From: Armatimonadota bacterium
Lineage (GTDB): Bacteria; Armatimonadota; UBA5829; DTLH01
Assembly: GCA_039680575.1 (NCBI GenBank)
Contig: JBDKSP010000029.1
Span: forward strand, 1 to 41,399
Direction: 5' to 3'
DNA: 41,399 nt
The notes under the pieces: model-generated
What the model saw: the letters and a program-made list of their open reading frames with translations, nothing else
The model's database searches: none
What the model was told of the DNA's origin: nothing
In this document: positions 29,383 through 38,833 of the stretch, piece by piece
Numbering within the stretch: the first letter of the stretch is position 1
How the letters are laid out: each line of letters opens with the position of its first letter
Position numbers and translations under genes: made by a program

Positions 29383-30279
29383 TTGGACATAACAGTCAGC
29401 ATAGTAAACTGGAATACTAGGGATGAACTTGGACACTGCCTGGAGTCAGTACTGGCGCAGGAAGGTGTTCGGTTCGAGATCATAGTAGTCGATAATGCCT
29501 CGTCGGACGAAAGCGCCGTGATGGTCGCTCATAACTATCCGCAGGTCACTCTTATCTCGAATGATAGGAATGTCGGGTTCAGCAAGGCGCATAACCAGGC
29601 GCTTAAAATAGCTAAAGGGCGTTATATAATGCTCGTCAACCCGGACACAGTCCTGGAAGAGCGCGACACACTGTTAAAGATCGTCACTTTCGCTGATGAG
29701 AACCCGGATGCAGGTATAATCGGTCCAAGGATAGAGAACCCTAATGGAAGCATCCAGTTTTCAGCGCGCCGCTTCCCCACCCTGGGCGCGGGACTTTTCC
29801 GCCGCACGCCGCTAGGCAAGCTATTTCCCAATAATCGCTTCGTGAAAAGCTATATAATGGCGGATTGGAAGCATGATGAGGTCCGGGATGTCGATTGGGT
29901 CTCCGGTGCAGCACTTGTTATCCGACAGAAGACGATAGACGACATCGGGCTGCTGGATTCAGGGTTCTTTATGTATTGCGAGGATGTAGACTGGGCGTAC
30001 AGGGTAAAGAAACACGGCTGGAGGGTTTGTTATTACCCTATGGCAAAGGTCAAGCACCGGATTGGCTCTGCGAGCGACCAGGCGCCAGTACGGATGATCT
30101 ACCAGTTCCACCGGAGTATGTTCAGGTTCTTTATGAAGCACTACGCAAAAGGGCTGAATATAGTCCTCACACCTTTTGTATTTATTGCGCTTGCTGCCAG
30201 ATCCCTGTTTTTCATAGCACTTACGCGCATCCCAATCTCAAAAGAAAACGGTAATAACGGCGAGAGACTCGTCCGATAA
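29383..30279 (+). CDS. GT2 glycosyltransferase, tandem paralog
   Basis: SIVNWN, VDNASSD, NVGFSKAHN, LVNPD, DWVSGA, YCEDVDW; TTG start inferred. Confidence 0.92.
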   Translation: MDITVSIVNWNTRDELGHCLESVLAQEGVRFEIIVVDNASSDESAVMVAHNYPQVTLISNDRNVGFSKAHNQALKIAKGRYIMLVNPDTVLEERDTLLKIVTFADENPDAGIIGPRIENPNGSIQFSARRFPTLGAGLFRRTPLGKLFPNNRFVKSYIMADWKHDEVRDVDWVSGAALVIRQKTIDDIGLLDSGFFMYCEDVDWAYRVKKHGWRVCYYPMAKVKHRIGSASDQAPVRMIYQFHRSMFRFFMKHYAKGLNIVLTPFVFIALAARSLFFIALTRIPISKENGNNGERLVR

Positions 30280-30300
30280 CAGGCTTTGCTAAGTGATTTT

Positions 30301-30340
30301 AACTACAGAGTTTTGGCTGAACTGTCAAAACTCTGTAGTT
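30301..30340. repeat. Family B inverted repeat overlapping the SpoIID stop codon; probable bidirectional terminator
   Basis: AACTACAGAGTTTTGGC...GTCAAAACTCTGTAGTT. Confidence 0.8.
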
Positions 30341-31503
30341 GTCGACAGCCGCACTATCTCTACCCCTCGGTAATAATGCTTCAGTATCTGCTCGAAAGTG
30401 TAGTTATTGGGTGCTTCCGCGAGGCCGTTTGCCCCAAACTGACAGAGGCCGATGCCATGACCGAAACCCCGGCCATTGAAAACAACCTTTCCATCTTCCA
30501 CTTTTACAGTAAAAATCGTGCTCTTTATCGCTGTGTTGCCGAGGATGGCGCGTAGCTGTATACCGCTCATATCGATTTTGCCGGAATCAGCCGTTAATTC
30601 TACTTTCTCGACACGATTACCGGAGCCGCTCTCTGCAACCGCAACAGATTTTAACCCTCTGATGGCGGGATAGGACTTTGCGATCAGCTTCTCAAACTCC
30701 AGAATATCCCACGATTTGGTCCAGCAGTGCTCGTCGTGCTCACAGTAGTCCGCTCCCCCACCCTCCGGTGAGTCAGAGACCGATACGAGATAAGGTTTTC
30801 CACCATCCTGCGTGATTCCGCCACAATCCGAAGAATACTGGGCTGAAATCAAATGGCCTTCACGTTCTATAACCAGTCCTTCGGTTTCTGTGACAGCTTT
30901 CGAGGTGGACGGTTTCTCGCCGTCCGCTCCCAGGTAAACCTGGCAGTGAGTGGAATCACATAGGTCGTAGTTGGATTTTTTGTGTTTGCCGCGGTTCGCC
31001 CAGGCATAGGTTCTTGCGGCTACAGCCTGAGCTTTCAATGCTTCGATATTAAACGATGAGGGCATCTCGGACGGCAGAACTCCTCGGATATAGTCCTCCA
31101 GGTCTACGATGTTTACAAGCAATATCCCCTTCTTTCCGAGGCTTATTTCTATCTTTCCACGGTAATTAGCGGACTTGCATCTCGGTGAGGACAGCGTGAG
31201 AAACGAATCTGAAGCCGAGCTTGTAATCTCGACAATATCTCCGGCAGATGGCAGATCGTCACCAGCTCCAGTAAGCTGAATCTTGCCGTCAATAGCCGAT
31301 AAGACCACTTTCTCATCGGTGTCCATCTTAGCAATTACATTACCGGACTTGTCTGAAACTGTAAACCCCGCTGCGTCACTTACGGTTACTTCATTGACGT
31401 CCTTGAACTGGCGCACAAGGCCGATACGAAGCGTTTCGCCAGACGCGTCAGAGATCAAGCTTGAGGTCAAAAGAACTAATAGGCACAGGGTGATGTATCT
31501 CAT
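30325..31503 (-). CDS. SpoIID/LytB-domain lytic transglycosylase
   Basis: Signal peptide; YRG, LEDYIRGVLPSEM, EALKAQAVAARTY, CDSTHCQVY, GFGHGIGLCQFGA, ILKHYY. Confidence 0.93.
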   Translation of the reverse strand: MRYITLCLLVLLTSSLISDASGETLRIGLVRQFKDVNEVTVSDAAGFTVSDKSGNVIAKMDTDEKVVLSAIDGKIQLTGAGDDLPSAGDIVEITSSASDSFLTLSSPRCKSANYRGKIEISLGKKGILLVNIVDLEDYIRGVLPSEMPSSFNIEALKAQAVAARTYAWANRGKHKKSNYDLCDSTHCQVYLGADGEKPSTSKAVTETEGLVIEREGHLISAQYSSDCGGITQDGGKPYLVSVSDSPEGGGADYCEHDEHCWTKSWDILEFEKLIAKSYPAIRGLKSVAVAESGSGNRVEKVELTADSGKIDMSGIQLRAILGNTAIKSTIFTVKVEDGKVVFNGRGFGHGIGLCQFGANGLAEAPNNYTFEQILKHYYRGVEIVRLSTTTEF

Positions 31504-32984
31504 TTGTTTTCCTGCTGTTCTTCTCCGCCAGATGCGCTGGAAGTGTCAGGAACAGCCTCATCACTCTTGCTCGATTCTATTTTTTTGTTTACCTCATCAA
31601 GATTCTTCTTTGCGGAAAGATAGTCTGGTCTTTCTGCAAGAACTTCTTCGAACTTCTTCGCGGCTTCATCATACATCCCTTTGCGCATGTAACACCGGCC
31701 CAGCCGGAAACTGGCATCGATATAATGAGGGTCAACTATAAGTGCTTCTTTAAGCAGTCCGATAGCCTTGTCGAGGTCGCGTCCTATTGTGGCGGCATCT
31801 ATAGCTTTTGCATACAACTCCCGGCTCTTTTTCCTATGGGCGCTGTATTTCCACGGCATCTCCGGGACTGCGGCAGGCTCCGCAAACACTCCGTTTTTAA
31901 GTATCCTTACGAGTTTTACCCGGCTTTCGGACTGGTTGAAGGCGAAACCGACCATTCCATCGGCTCCGTACTTCCGCGCTGCCTCTAACTGCTGTGCTAC
32001 AAGTTCCGGCGATTGAAGGAAGTCCTGCCCGTTATAGACCTGCCTGCTATACTGCCAGCGTTTGAACCCGTTGAGCCAGTTTCGATACTCGCGGGCGTTC
32101 CTCGGGTTTGATTCCTTCTTGTAGTTCATCGGAATATTGGCGTCCAGTATCCCCTCTTCCATCCATCTGCACCAGTCCTGATATACCAGTGAATACGCGG
32201 ATGTATTACCGAAGCTCGATGAACAGTCGCCCCATGGTACCGTAGCAGCTGTTACCTTTACTTCAGGTTTGATGCTGTTTACGCCTTTATAAATCCGCCG
32301 GACAAGCGCCGTTACCTGGTCTCTCCTCCACTGCTGCCAGAGAGTGTCATTATTTGCCGGTACCCCGGTCCGTCCGGTCTCCATGTTGAACCGTTCGACA
32401 GCCGGGGCAGCATAACCGAAGTTTTTACCAGGGTAACGGATATAGTCCATGTGGATACCGTCGATATCGTAGTTCTTTACCACATCCACAAAAACATTGT
32501 AAGTATAGTCCTGCACTTCGGGAACTCCAGGGTCTAGGAACAATCCTTCAGTCCCTGCAAGTCCGCCGGAGGATGTCCTCGTGAGCCATTCAGGGTGTAG
32601 ATTAACGATATGGTTCGGATCTTTGGGATAATCTTTTGCGCCCCATATTCTGAACGTATTAAGCCATGCGTGGACTTCGATACCGGCTGCATGCGCTTTT
32701 TCGATAATATATGCAAGCGGGTCATAGTCCAGCCCGCCCGAGATATTGCCGGCGCGTGCCTCGATGCTGGAATTATAATAGGCATCTCCGACCTTTCGCA
32801 CCTGTATGAAGAGTGCATTTATATTTGCTTCTTTCGCAAGCCGGACGGTCTCGTCGGCTTCCTGTGGACTAAGGAACCCTTTCGACCATGCAGTGACCCA
32901 TGCACCGCGAAACTCGGTCGGGGCTCCAAAGGCGGAAATGCTGGATGTTATGATAAGAAGTATAATCGCTAAATATGATTTTAT
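31500..32984 (-). CDS. GHL10 / YddW(DigH)-family glycoside hydrolase with C-terminal TPRs; probable ATA start
   Basis: The reading frame upstream of the ORF-track start gives IKSYLAIILLII...EFRGAWV...NINALFIQVR; also GIEVHAW, YDIDGIHMDYIRYP, QDW, PMNY and a TPR tail. Confidence 0.9.
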   Translation of the reverse strand: MKSYLAIILLIITSSISAFGAPTEFRGAWVTAWSKGFLSPQEADETVRLAKEANINALFIQVRKVGDAYYNSSIEARAGNISGGLDYDPLAYIIEKAHAAGIEVHAWLNTFRIWGAKDYPKDPNHIVNLHPEWLTRTSSGGLAGTEGLFLDPGVPEVQDYTYNVFVDVVKNYDIDGIHMDYIRYPGKNFGYAAPAVERFNMETGRTGVPANNDTLWQQWRRDQVTALVRRIYKGVNSIKPEVKVTAATVPWGDCSSSFGNTSAYSLVYQDWCRWMEEGILDANIPMNYKKESNPRNAREYRNWLNGFKRWQYSRQVYNGQDFLQSPELVAQQLEAARKYGADGMVGFAFNQSESRVKLVRILKNGVFAEPAAVPEMPWKYSAHRKKSRELYAKAIDAATIGRDLDKAIGLLKEALIVDPHYIDASFRLGRCYMRKGMYDEAAKKFEEVLAERPDYLSAKKNLDEVNKKIESSKSDEAVPDTSSASGGEEQQENK

Positions 32985-33115
32985 TGCCCTTGTCCTCCGA
33001 ACTGATGTGCTCTATTATACCAGACGCATGAAATCAACGATGAGTTTCCGCTATTTGCGTGTCTCTATTGTTGGATTTGCTTTACCTGTTTGCTTCGACG
33101 TGATAAAGTAATGGT

Positions 33116-34669
33116 ATGAAGAGACCAGCGTTCTTATTAACAGCACTGTTTTTATGTCTCGTAACGCTTCCGGCTGTAGCCAGTGAAGATGAGTCACTGG
33201 CAGCAGTCGTTACCTTCGGCAGGAATGGCGGCTCTATATCGTCAGGATTCGCCGTAGGCGACGGAAGCTACATCGTTACTACGATGGACGCAGTGGTAGA
33301 GACCGCTCCTAACGGGAAGTCTTTGCCTGTCAACCGCACTGTAGTGGTAAGCAATTGGACCGGAGATGCATATCCGGCCAAAATCGTCGCAACAAACGAG
33401 AAAGCGAGGATAGCTCTCCTGAAAACAGCGACTCCTGCCGTTCCACCCGTTCCGCTTGCAGGTGATAAAGCCTTTTCCAGGGCATCGATGGCGACATTAG
33501 GACAGCTATTGTCAGGGGATGAGGTCGGCACAAAGTTTCAAGCCGTTATACAAGGGATTAAGGTCGAACAGAATCCTGTAAAGTTGGTTGTCAAGTCACT
33601 TAAGGGAGCCAATGCATGTTTCACCGAGATCCGTGATACCAACTGGCTCTTTCTTTCAAAAGTCGATCCTCCCGAGAAAGCAGCCAAAGCTGCGCTGGTA
33701 TCACTTCCGGGAGTTGGAGCCCTGGGTGTGTTTATCCAGAGACTTGTAATAGGCGATGGACCTCGCGCACCTGTTTTCTACCAGGTCTATCCCGCTCCGG
33801 CGCTTAAAAGCTTCCTAATGAAGTCCGGCGTCCCTGAAAGCACGCTTTCTCAATCGACCTTTACTGTCAAAAAAGTTGAAGGCAGCGAAAACAGTTTCCA
33901 GGCTATGTCACTGGCGATATTTGCATCCGCCTCCGGCTCGATAGACACAGATGACCTCGCTGCAGCAGCGATAAATCTTCGGCCAAAATCAGCTATGCCT
34001 TATATGCTGCAGGGAGTCGCTTTTGCGAGTTTTAATAAGTTCGAGGCGGCTATTAAATCGATAAACAAAGCCATTGAGCTCGATCAGACCCTGCCTGATG
34101 CTTTTCTTAACCGCGGACTCGTTTATGCCGCTGCTGGTAAGGCTGCGGAAGCAGAGCAGGACCTTCGTAAAGCCATCGAGTGCGATCCTAATGACTCAAG
34201 GCCGCTTACTGCGCTCTCAGGGATTTTGCTTAATAAAGAAGACAAGCTTGATGAAGCCTTGACGCTTGCAAAAAAGGCTGTCTCCGTTGCTCCGAACGAT
34301 CCGTCTTGCCATATCTCCCTCGCCCGAGTGCTCAAGCACAAAGAAGACTTCGATGGAGCTATCGCGGAACTGCGTCGTGTGATCGATTCTGCGCCTAATT
34401 GGGATGAACCGCACGTAGTCCTCGCAGTTACTTGTGAAGCTGCCGGGAAACTCGACATGGCAGAGGCAGAATACAGAAAACTCGTCGAACTGCTGCCGGA
34501 TGACCCGTCATCTCATATCGCGCTGATAGAGTTCCTTATCTCGGCGGGCAAAAACGATAACGCCAAAATCGAAATCGAAAAGACACGCGAGTTGAAACTG
34601 ATGCCGGGCGCTGCCGAAGCGGTGAATAAGCTCGAATCCAAGCTGGGAGAGAGTAAAAAGAAGGATTAG
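33116..34669 (+). CDS. Secreted TPR protein with a degenerate trypsin-like N-terminal domain
   Basis: Signal peptide; SSGFAV...IVTTMDAV and IALLK trypsin-like strands; several TPRs (AIELDQ, AIECDP, AVSVAP, LVELLP). Confidence 0.8.
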   Translation: MKRPAFLLTALFLCLVTLPAVASEDESLAAVVTFGRNGGSISSGFAVGDGSYIVTTMDAVVETAPNGKSLPVNRTVVVSNWTGDAYPAKIVATNEKARIALLKTATPAVPPVPLAGDKAFSRASMATLGQLLSGDEVGTKFQAVIQGIKVEQNPVKLVVKSLKGANACFTEIRDTNWLFLSKVDPPEKAAKAALVSLPGVGALGVFIQRLVIGDGPRAPVFYQVYPAPALKSFLMKSGVPESTLSQSTFTVKKVEGSENSFQAMSLAIFASASGSIDTDDLAAAAINLRPKSAMPYMLQGVAFASFNKFEAAIKSINKAIELDQTLPDAFLNRGLVYAAAGKAAEAEQDLRKAIECDPNDSRPLTALSGILLNKEDKLDEALTLAKKAVSVAPNDPSCHISLARVLKHKEDFDGAIAELRRVIDSAPNWDEPHVVLAVTCEAAGKLDMAEAEYRKLVELLPDDPSSHIALIEFLISAGKNDNAKIEIEKTRELKLMPGAAEAVNKLESKLGESKKKD

Positions 34670-34687
34670 AAATCAGTCACAGTAGCC

Positions 34688-35146
34688 TCAGTTTGCAATA
34701 ATTGCAAACTGAGGCATTTCAGCGCTGGAAGCCTTTGCCTTTTGCTTCACCATACGCACCAATAAACCGTTCTTCGTGCACCTGACGGATACCTGGTCCA
34801 TAAGATTATGGATTATCCGCCATCCGCGTCCATGTTCGTTGTTTTTGTTCACTATGGCTCTGGGGATCGGTACGCATGTGGCATGACCGTTGTCCTTAAC
34901 ATCGACTTCGATAGAACTCTGAGTAATACCACAGCGGATTGATACGCGGCCGCTGCCATCTGTAGGGCTGCCGTGGCAGACAGCATTCGTTACCGCCTCA
35001 CCGACAGCGACTTCTATGTCCTGGCAGGTGTCCTCATCGAACCCGGCGCCTTCCGCAAGAGAACGGATCCCTTTTCTTACGAGCGCTACATACTTTCCCT
35101 GAGCTGGGATTTGAAACTCAGCGTCAGCAATTACTCCCACCGGCAT
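34688..35146 (-). CDS. RsbW/SpoIIAB-like anti-sigma factor kinase, paralog 2
   Basis: GEAVTNAVCHG, DVKDNG, EHGRGWRIIHNLMD; SD AAAGGA. Confidence 0.88.
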   Translation of the reverse strand: MPVGVIADAEFQIPAQGKYVALVRKGIRSLAEGAGFDEDTCQDIEVAVGEAVTNAVCHGSPTDGSGRVSIRCGITQSSIEVDVKDNGHATCVPIPRAIVNKNNEHGRGWRIIHNLMDQVSVRCTKNGLLVRMVKQKAKASSAEMPQFAIIAN

Positions 35147-35319
35147 CCGAGTTATCCTTTCTATACTACTAAACAAAAATGGGGAACTCTATAGCAGCAA
35201 GCAAAGCAGGCAGCCGGAATCAACCTGAGCCATTAGATTCTATTAGTTATCTGACTGCCCAATTAATGCTAAATGCCACGTTCCTGATAGCTGACGGAGC
35301 CGGAAGTGCGCTGATTCTA

Positions 35320-35345
35320 TTACCCTTATGTATGCCTGCTTAAAC
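35320..35345 (-). promoter_or_regulatory. SigB/SigF-type promoter upstream of rsbW-like gene 2
   Basis: Minus strand GTTT-aagcaggcatacataa-GGGTAA (N16). Confidence 0.7.
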
Positions 35346-35367
35346 CATTCAGACTATATCGAGATTA

Positions 35368-35970
35368 TCATTTAGAATCTTTAATTGCTCTATATGTGGC
35401 TCCGACAAGAAATCCTCCGAGTGATGAACCGTTCGTATTGTAGCCCCTGTAGCCTATGGATAGAAACCACCTCGGACGAAGCTCATATCTTACGCCTGCA
35501 TCCAGGGTCCAAAGCGGCTCGTCGAGAAGCGCAACACCCAGACGGCTGTATAAAGTTAGTTCAGGCCTTAAAGTAAAATCCGTAATCGCTCCAAACGAAA
35601 AACCGGTATCGCTGCTTTCTTGATCGAATACATCTTCAACCGAAAGCCACGATATACCCGCATAACCTTCCAGCCTGGTCGTTTTGTTATCTTTGAGTGG
35701 AACTGGTTTCCTCAGATAGATATTTCCTATATGAGTCCGTCCGTCTGCATCGCTGACTTTTACAGCTTCAAGACCTATACCAAGTTCCGGCTTGATGTCG
35801 ACTTTACATTCAAATATCTGAGAATGAGCATCCGCTCCGTCATGTATCGAATGGGAATATGCTGATGTATCGACCCGGATCGTCGAAGTATCCTCTGTCC
35901 CAACGGCTGCCATAACAACTCCCGATAATAGCAGCACGGCGCATACGGCTAGTGTTATCTTACTTGTCAA
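35368..35970 (-). CDS. Exported beta-rich protein, probable outer-membrane beta-barrel
   Basis: Signal peptide; amphipathic strands EGYAGISW, DAGVRYEL, LSIGYRGY, GFLVGATY. Confidence 0.7.
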   Translation of the reverse strand: MTSKITLAVCAVLLLSGVVMAAVGTEDTSTIRVDTSAYSHSIHDGADAHSQIFECKVDIKPELGIGLEAVKVSDADGRTHIGNIYLRKPVPLKDNKTTRLEGYAGISWLSVEDVFDQESSDTGFSFGAITDFTLRPELTLYSRLGVALLDEPLWTLDAGVRYELRPRWFLSIGYRGYNTNGSSLGGFLVGATYRAIKDSK

Positions 35971-36985
35971 CGTACTCTCTTCCTGACTCCTTTATGTCTA
36001 CAACCGAAGTGAAGCCCATATCGGTTATCACCCATTTTTTCTTCTCAAGTCTCAAAATGCAGTAAACATCACTTCTATGGACGACAGAATTGGAATCATC
36101 GCCTTTGTCTTTATATATATGATGGCCTCTGGCAACGATTTTGTTCCATCGGTAATCTACGACATTGAGTATATAATCCACTGTTTGCCAATCGTTCATA
36201 GCATCGACAGTTGCAGCATAATAGTCTTCAGCCTTCATTTTACACAGGAGCTTTTTGTCTTTATATATTTTTATCTCTTTTTTTGCAGGTAGATAATTGC
36301 ATATCAACTCCGGTGTATTGTTCAACCACGCATAGGATATATCATCAACCAGTTGCTGGGTTGTCAATTTCTCTGTGCTGTCAGTCGTTGTCGGGTATGA
36401 GTCAGGATATGATGGCCGTGGGTATACGACGACCCAGTCAGGATCGTATGGATAACAATCTTGATGTGAGTGGTGTATTTTCTTGTGAGACTCTTCAGGC
36501 CTCTCATCTGTCCGCTTATATACTTTGTCCTTAGCACTGTCCTTGTTTTTGTGGTCAGTGTCTTTTGCAGTAGTGCTTTTTTGGGTAGGACGCGCATCGG
36601 GTGTTTTTCTGCTATCCGAACTCGACTTTGATGTATTTGAGGTTGTAGTAGACCAAGACGAGTTCGAATCATTGCTGTCCTTTGTGTCTCGCTCGTCAGT
36701 CTTTACGTTTTTTTTGCTCTCGGATTTATTATTCTCATTTGCGCTCGCGGTGGAATCTTTCTTTTTATCGCTCTGATCCTTCTTTTCTTCCTTTTTCTCC
36801 TGTTCTTCGTTATCTTGATCCTTCTTTGGCTCTTCTACCTTATTCGTACTACCTGCAGATTTCTTACCGAATGGTCCCTGTGCGTATGCAGTAGAGCCAG
36901 AGATATCTATAAGCGTGGGGGCGATTGATGTTACGAGGAATATAATGAGGGTTAGAGCTATTGTCGATAAAAGACACCTTCGCAT
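35960..36985 (-). CDS. Secreted hypothetical protein: low-complexity linker plus conserved C-terminal domain (paralog B)
   Basis: Signal/TM segment, K/D/S-rich linker, C-domain DDISYAW...AEDYYAATVDA...KWVITDMG. Confidence 0.8.
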   Translation of the reverse strand: MRRCLLSTIALTLIIFLVTSIAPTLIDISGSTAYAQGPFGKKSAGSTNKVEEPKKDQDNEEQEKKEEKKDQSDKKKDSTASANENNKSESKKNVKTDERDTKDSNDSNSSWSTTTSNTSKSSSDSRKTPDARPTQKSTTAKDTDHKNKDSAKDKVYKRTDERPEESHKKIHHSHQDCYPYDPDWVVVYPRPSYPDSYPTTTDSTEKLTTQQLVDDISYAWLNNTPELICNYLPAKKEIKIYKDKKLLCKMKAEDYYAATVDAMNDWQTVDYILNVVDYRWNKIVARGHHIYKDKGDDSNSVVHRSDVYCILRLEKKKWVITDMGFTSVVDIKESGREYVDK

Positions 36986-37039
36986 TGAGAGTCCCTCCCC
37001 GTCCGATGGACGTTTGCTTTTTAATATATTTATATCAAT

Positions 37040-37064
37040 GACAGGGCTCTAAAAGAGCCCTGTC
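37040..37064. terminator. Hairpin between the paralogs
   Basis: GACAGGGCTCT-AAA-AGAGCCCTGTC. Confidence 0.6.
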
Positions 37065-37068
37065 TACA

Positions 37069-38112
37069 TTAGTAACCGTATCTCTTTGGCGAGGAGCCGA
37101 CTTCAATCAGGAGCCAATTGCCATCGCGCCGTTCGAACTCATAGTTAATATACACTGTCTTCAATGAGCCGTCCAGAGCATAGAACTTATGCACTCCATA
37201 AGCCACCACTCTATCATCGCCACGGCTTTTAACCGATTCGAAGTCAAAGTCAACTGTCTTGGTAGCATCGATGGCGTCGTATGTCATTTCACGGTAATCG
37301 TCCGCGCTAAGGGAATACGAATATTTGCCATCAAGCAGGACGTCTATATCCGTATTATTCCTGACACACTTAAGAAGAAGACTCGGTTCACTTGTTTTCC
37401 ATGCCTTTTCGATGTCGTAAAGCACGTTGTCTATTGAATAAACACTGGATCCTCTTTCCAGGTAGTAGCCGCTATCCGAGCTATTCTTGTGTATAACTAT
37501 CGGAACCTCGACATACGTAACTGAAGGCCTCTTTATGATAATCACTCTGCCGCAGGATACATAAGGGAAGTATCCATAGTAGTAGTATGCGGACGGCAGC
37601 GATCGGCCGCAATCGTAATCAAAGACCCAGTATCCATAAGTCAATGGATGATCATAATGGTACGGCCATCCATGATCGTAGTAGTAATGTCCGTTATTAT
37701 AGGTTGGCGGACGGTGTGATCTCTTGTTGTCGTGATCATCACGGTCATCTGAGTAGCGCTCCCCTACCCTGTCGTATTTATAATTATCTTTCCGATTGCT
37801 GTCTGAGCGATTGTCATACTTTCTACCGCTATTGGACTGCTTGTAGGATGGAGTCGCATCAATGGTTCTGTCTTTCATGGTAGCTTTTGATGAACTACCG
37901 GATTCCTTGGTTGTCCCGTAGGATTTTTCTGTCTTCGAGCTGTTGCTGCGTGTATCGGAGGGATGTTCCGTCCGGCTGACGCTCGGTTTCTCTTTACGAT
38001 CCTCGCTGCTTGTATCCCGCCTGATTACAGGTCCGGCTCCAGCTATGCTGACAAGAGTGAAAGCCAGGATAATGGTAAGGCTTACTGTTTTGGATAGGCT
38101 TCTTGCGTTCAT
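37069..38112 (-). CDS. Secreted hypothetical protein: low-complexity linker, Tyr-rich segment and conserved C-terminal domain (paralog A)
   Basis: Signal peptide, SD AGGAGG; C-domain YDIEKAW...ADDYREMTYDA...NWLLIEVG. Confidence 0.85.
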   Translation of the reverse strand: MNARSLSKTVSLTIILAFTLVSIAGAGPVIRRDTSSEDRKEKPSVSRTEHPSDTRSNSSKTEKSYGTTKESGSSSKATMKDRTIDATPSYKQSNSGRKYDNRSDSNRKDNYKYDRVGERYSDDRDDHDNKRSHRPPTYNNGHYYYDHGWPYHYDHPLTYGYWVFDYDCGRSLPSAYYYYGYFPYVSCGRVIIIKRPSVTYVEVPIVIHKNSSDSGYYLERGSSVYSIDNVLYDIEKAWKTSEPSLLLKCVRNNTDIDVLLDGKYSYSLSADDYREMTYDAIDATKTVDFDFESVKSRGDDRVVAYGVHKFYALDGSLKTVYINYEFERRDGNWLLIEVGSSPKRYGY

Positions 38113-38377
38113 TGTTTATCCCTCCTTTTTGAACCCCTGTTATCCCTTGAACTTGGATAATGCGGGTAGGAGAGCAGAAGGGGCGCCTTCTGTACACCGC
38201 TTCTGTTTCTCTTATATTGTAACTGGACGCCCTTCAACAGCATCAATTGCCAGAGCTTATTACAAAGAGAACCTGCAAATAATATATCCCCTATTTGGCG
38301 GAATTCTGACTGGTTCCACGATGTGAGAGACGCGCAAATATATTGCGCGGTATGTATAAGATCATGGGGCTAAACTA

Positions 38378-38833
38378 TTACTTACGCCGGCTGCCGCGCT
38401 TGGCTTCGAGGTTGCGTTTGAGGTCTACCTGCCGTTCTTCGCTGTCTTTTAGGAACCTGGAGAGCTTATCTTCGAAGGTTACCGGGATCTTCTCTTTCTT
38501 ACACTCACGTACCGGTTCGAAGTTATATCCCACTGCATCCATCTTCTTTGGAGGCGCAGGTGCAGTAGCGGCCGGACGCTCAGGATGGCGAACAACTTTT
38601 GTGTCCGCCTGCTTCACGGAGAGCTCATACCGCCCTCTGTCGTTTATCTTCAGAACCTTGACATAGACGCGGTCACTCTCTTTGAGGTAATCATGCATAT
38701 CCCTTACATAGGTATCAGCTACTTCCGAAATATGCACAAGCCCCATTTTCCCGCCTGCAAGCCGGACTATTGCGCCATAGTCCATAAGCTTTATAATTAT
38801 GCCCTCCACGGTGTTTCCGATCTCGATGGCCAT
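38378..38833 (-). CDS. S1 RNA-binding domain protein (YabR/YugI-like)
   Basis: GLVHISEVADTYV, VKVLKI, LSVKQ, FEDKLSRFLKDSEER; SD AAGGAGG. Confidence 0.93.
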   Translation of the reverse strand: MAIEIGNTVEGIIIKLMDYGAIVRLAGGKMGLVHISEVADTYVRDMHDYLKESDRVYVKVLKINDRGRYELSVKQADTKVVRHPERPAATAPAPPKKMDAVGYNFEPVRECKKEKIPVTFEDKLSRFLKDSEERQVDLKRNLEAKRGSRRK

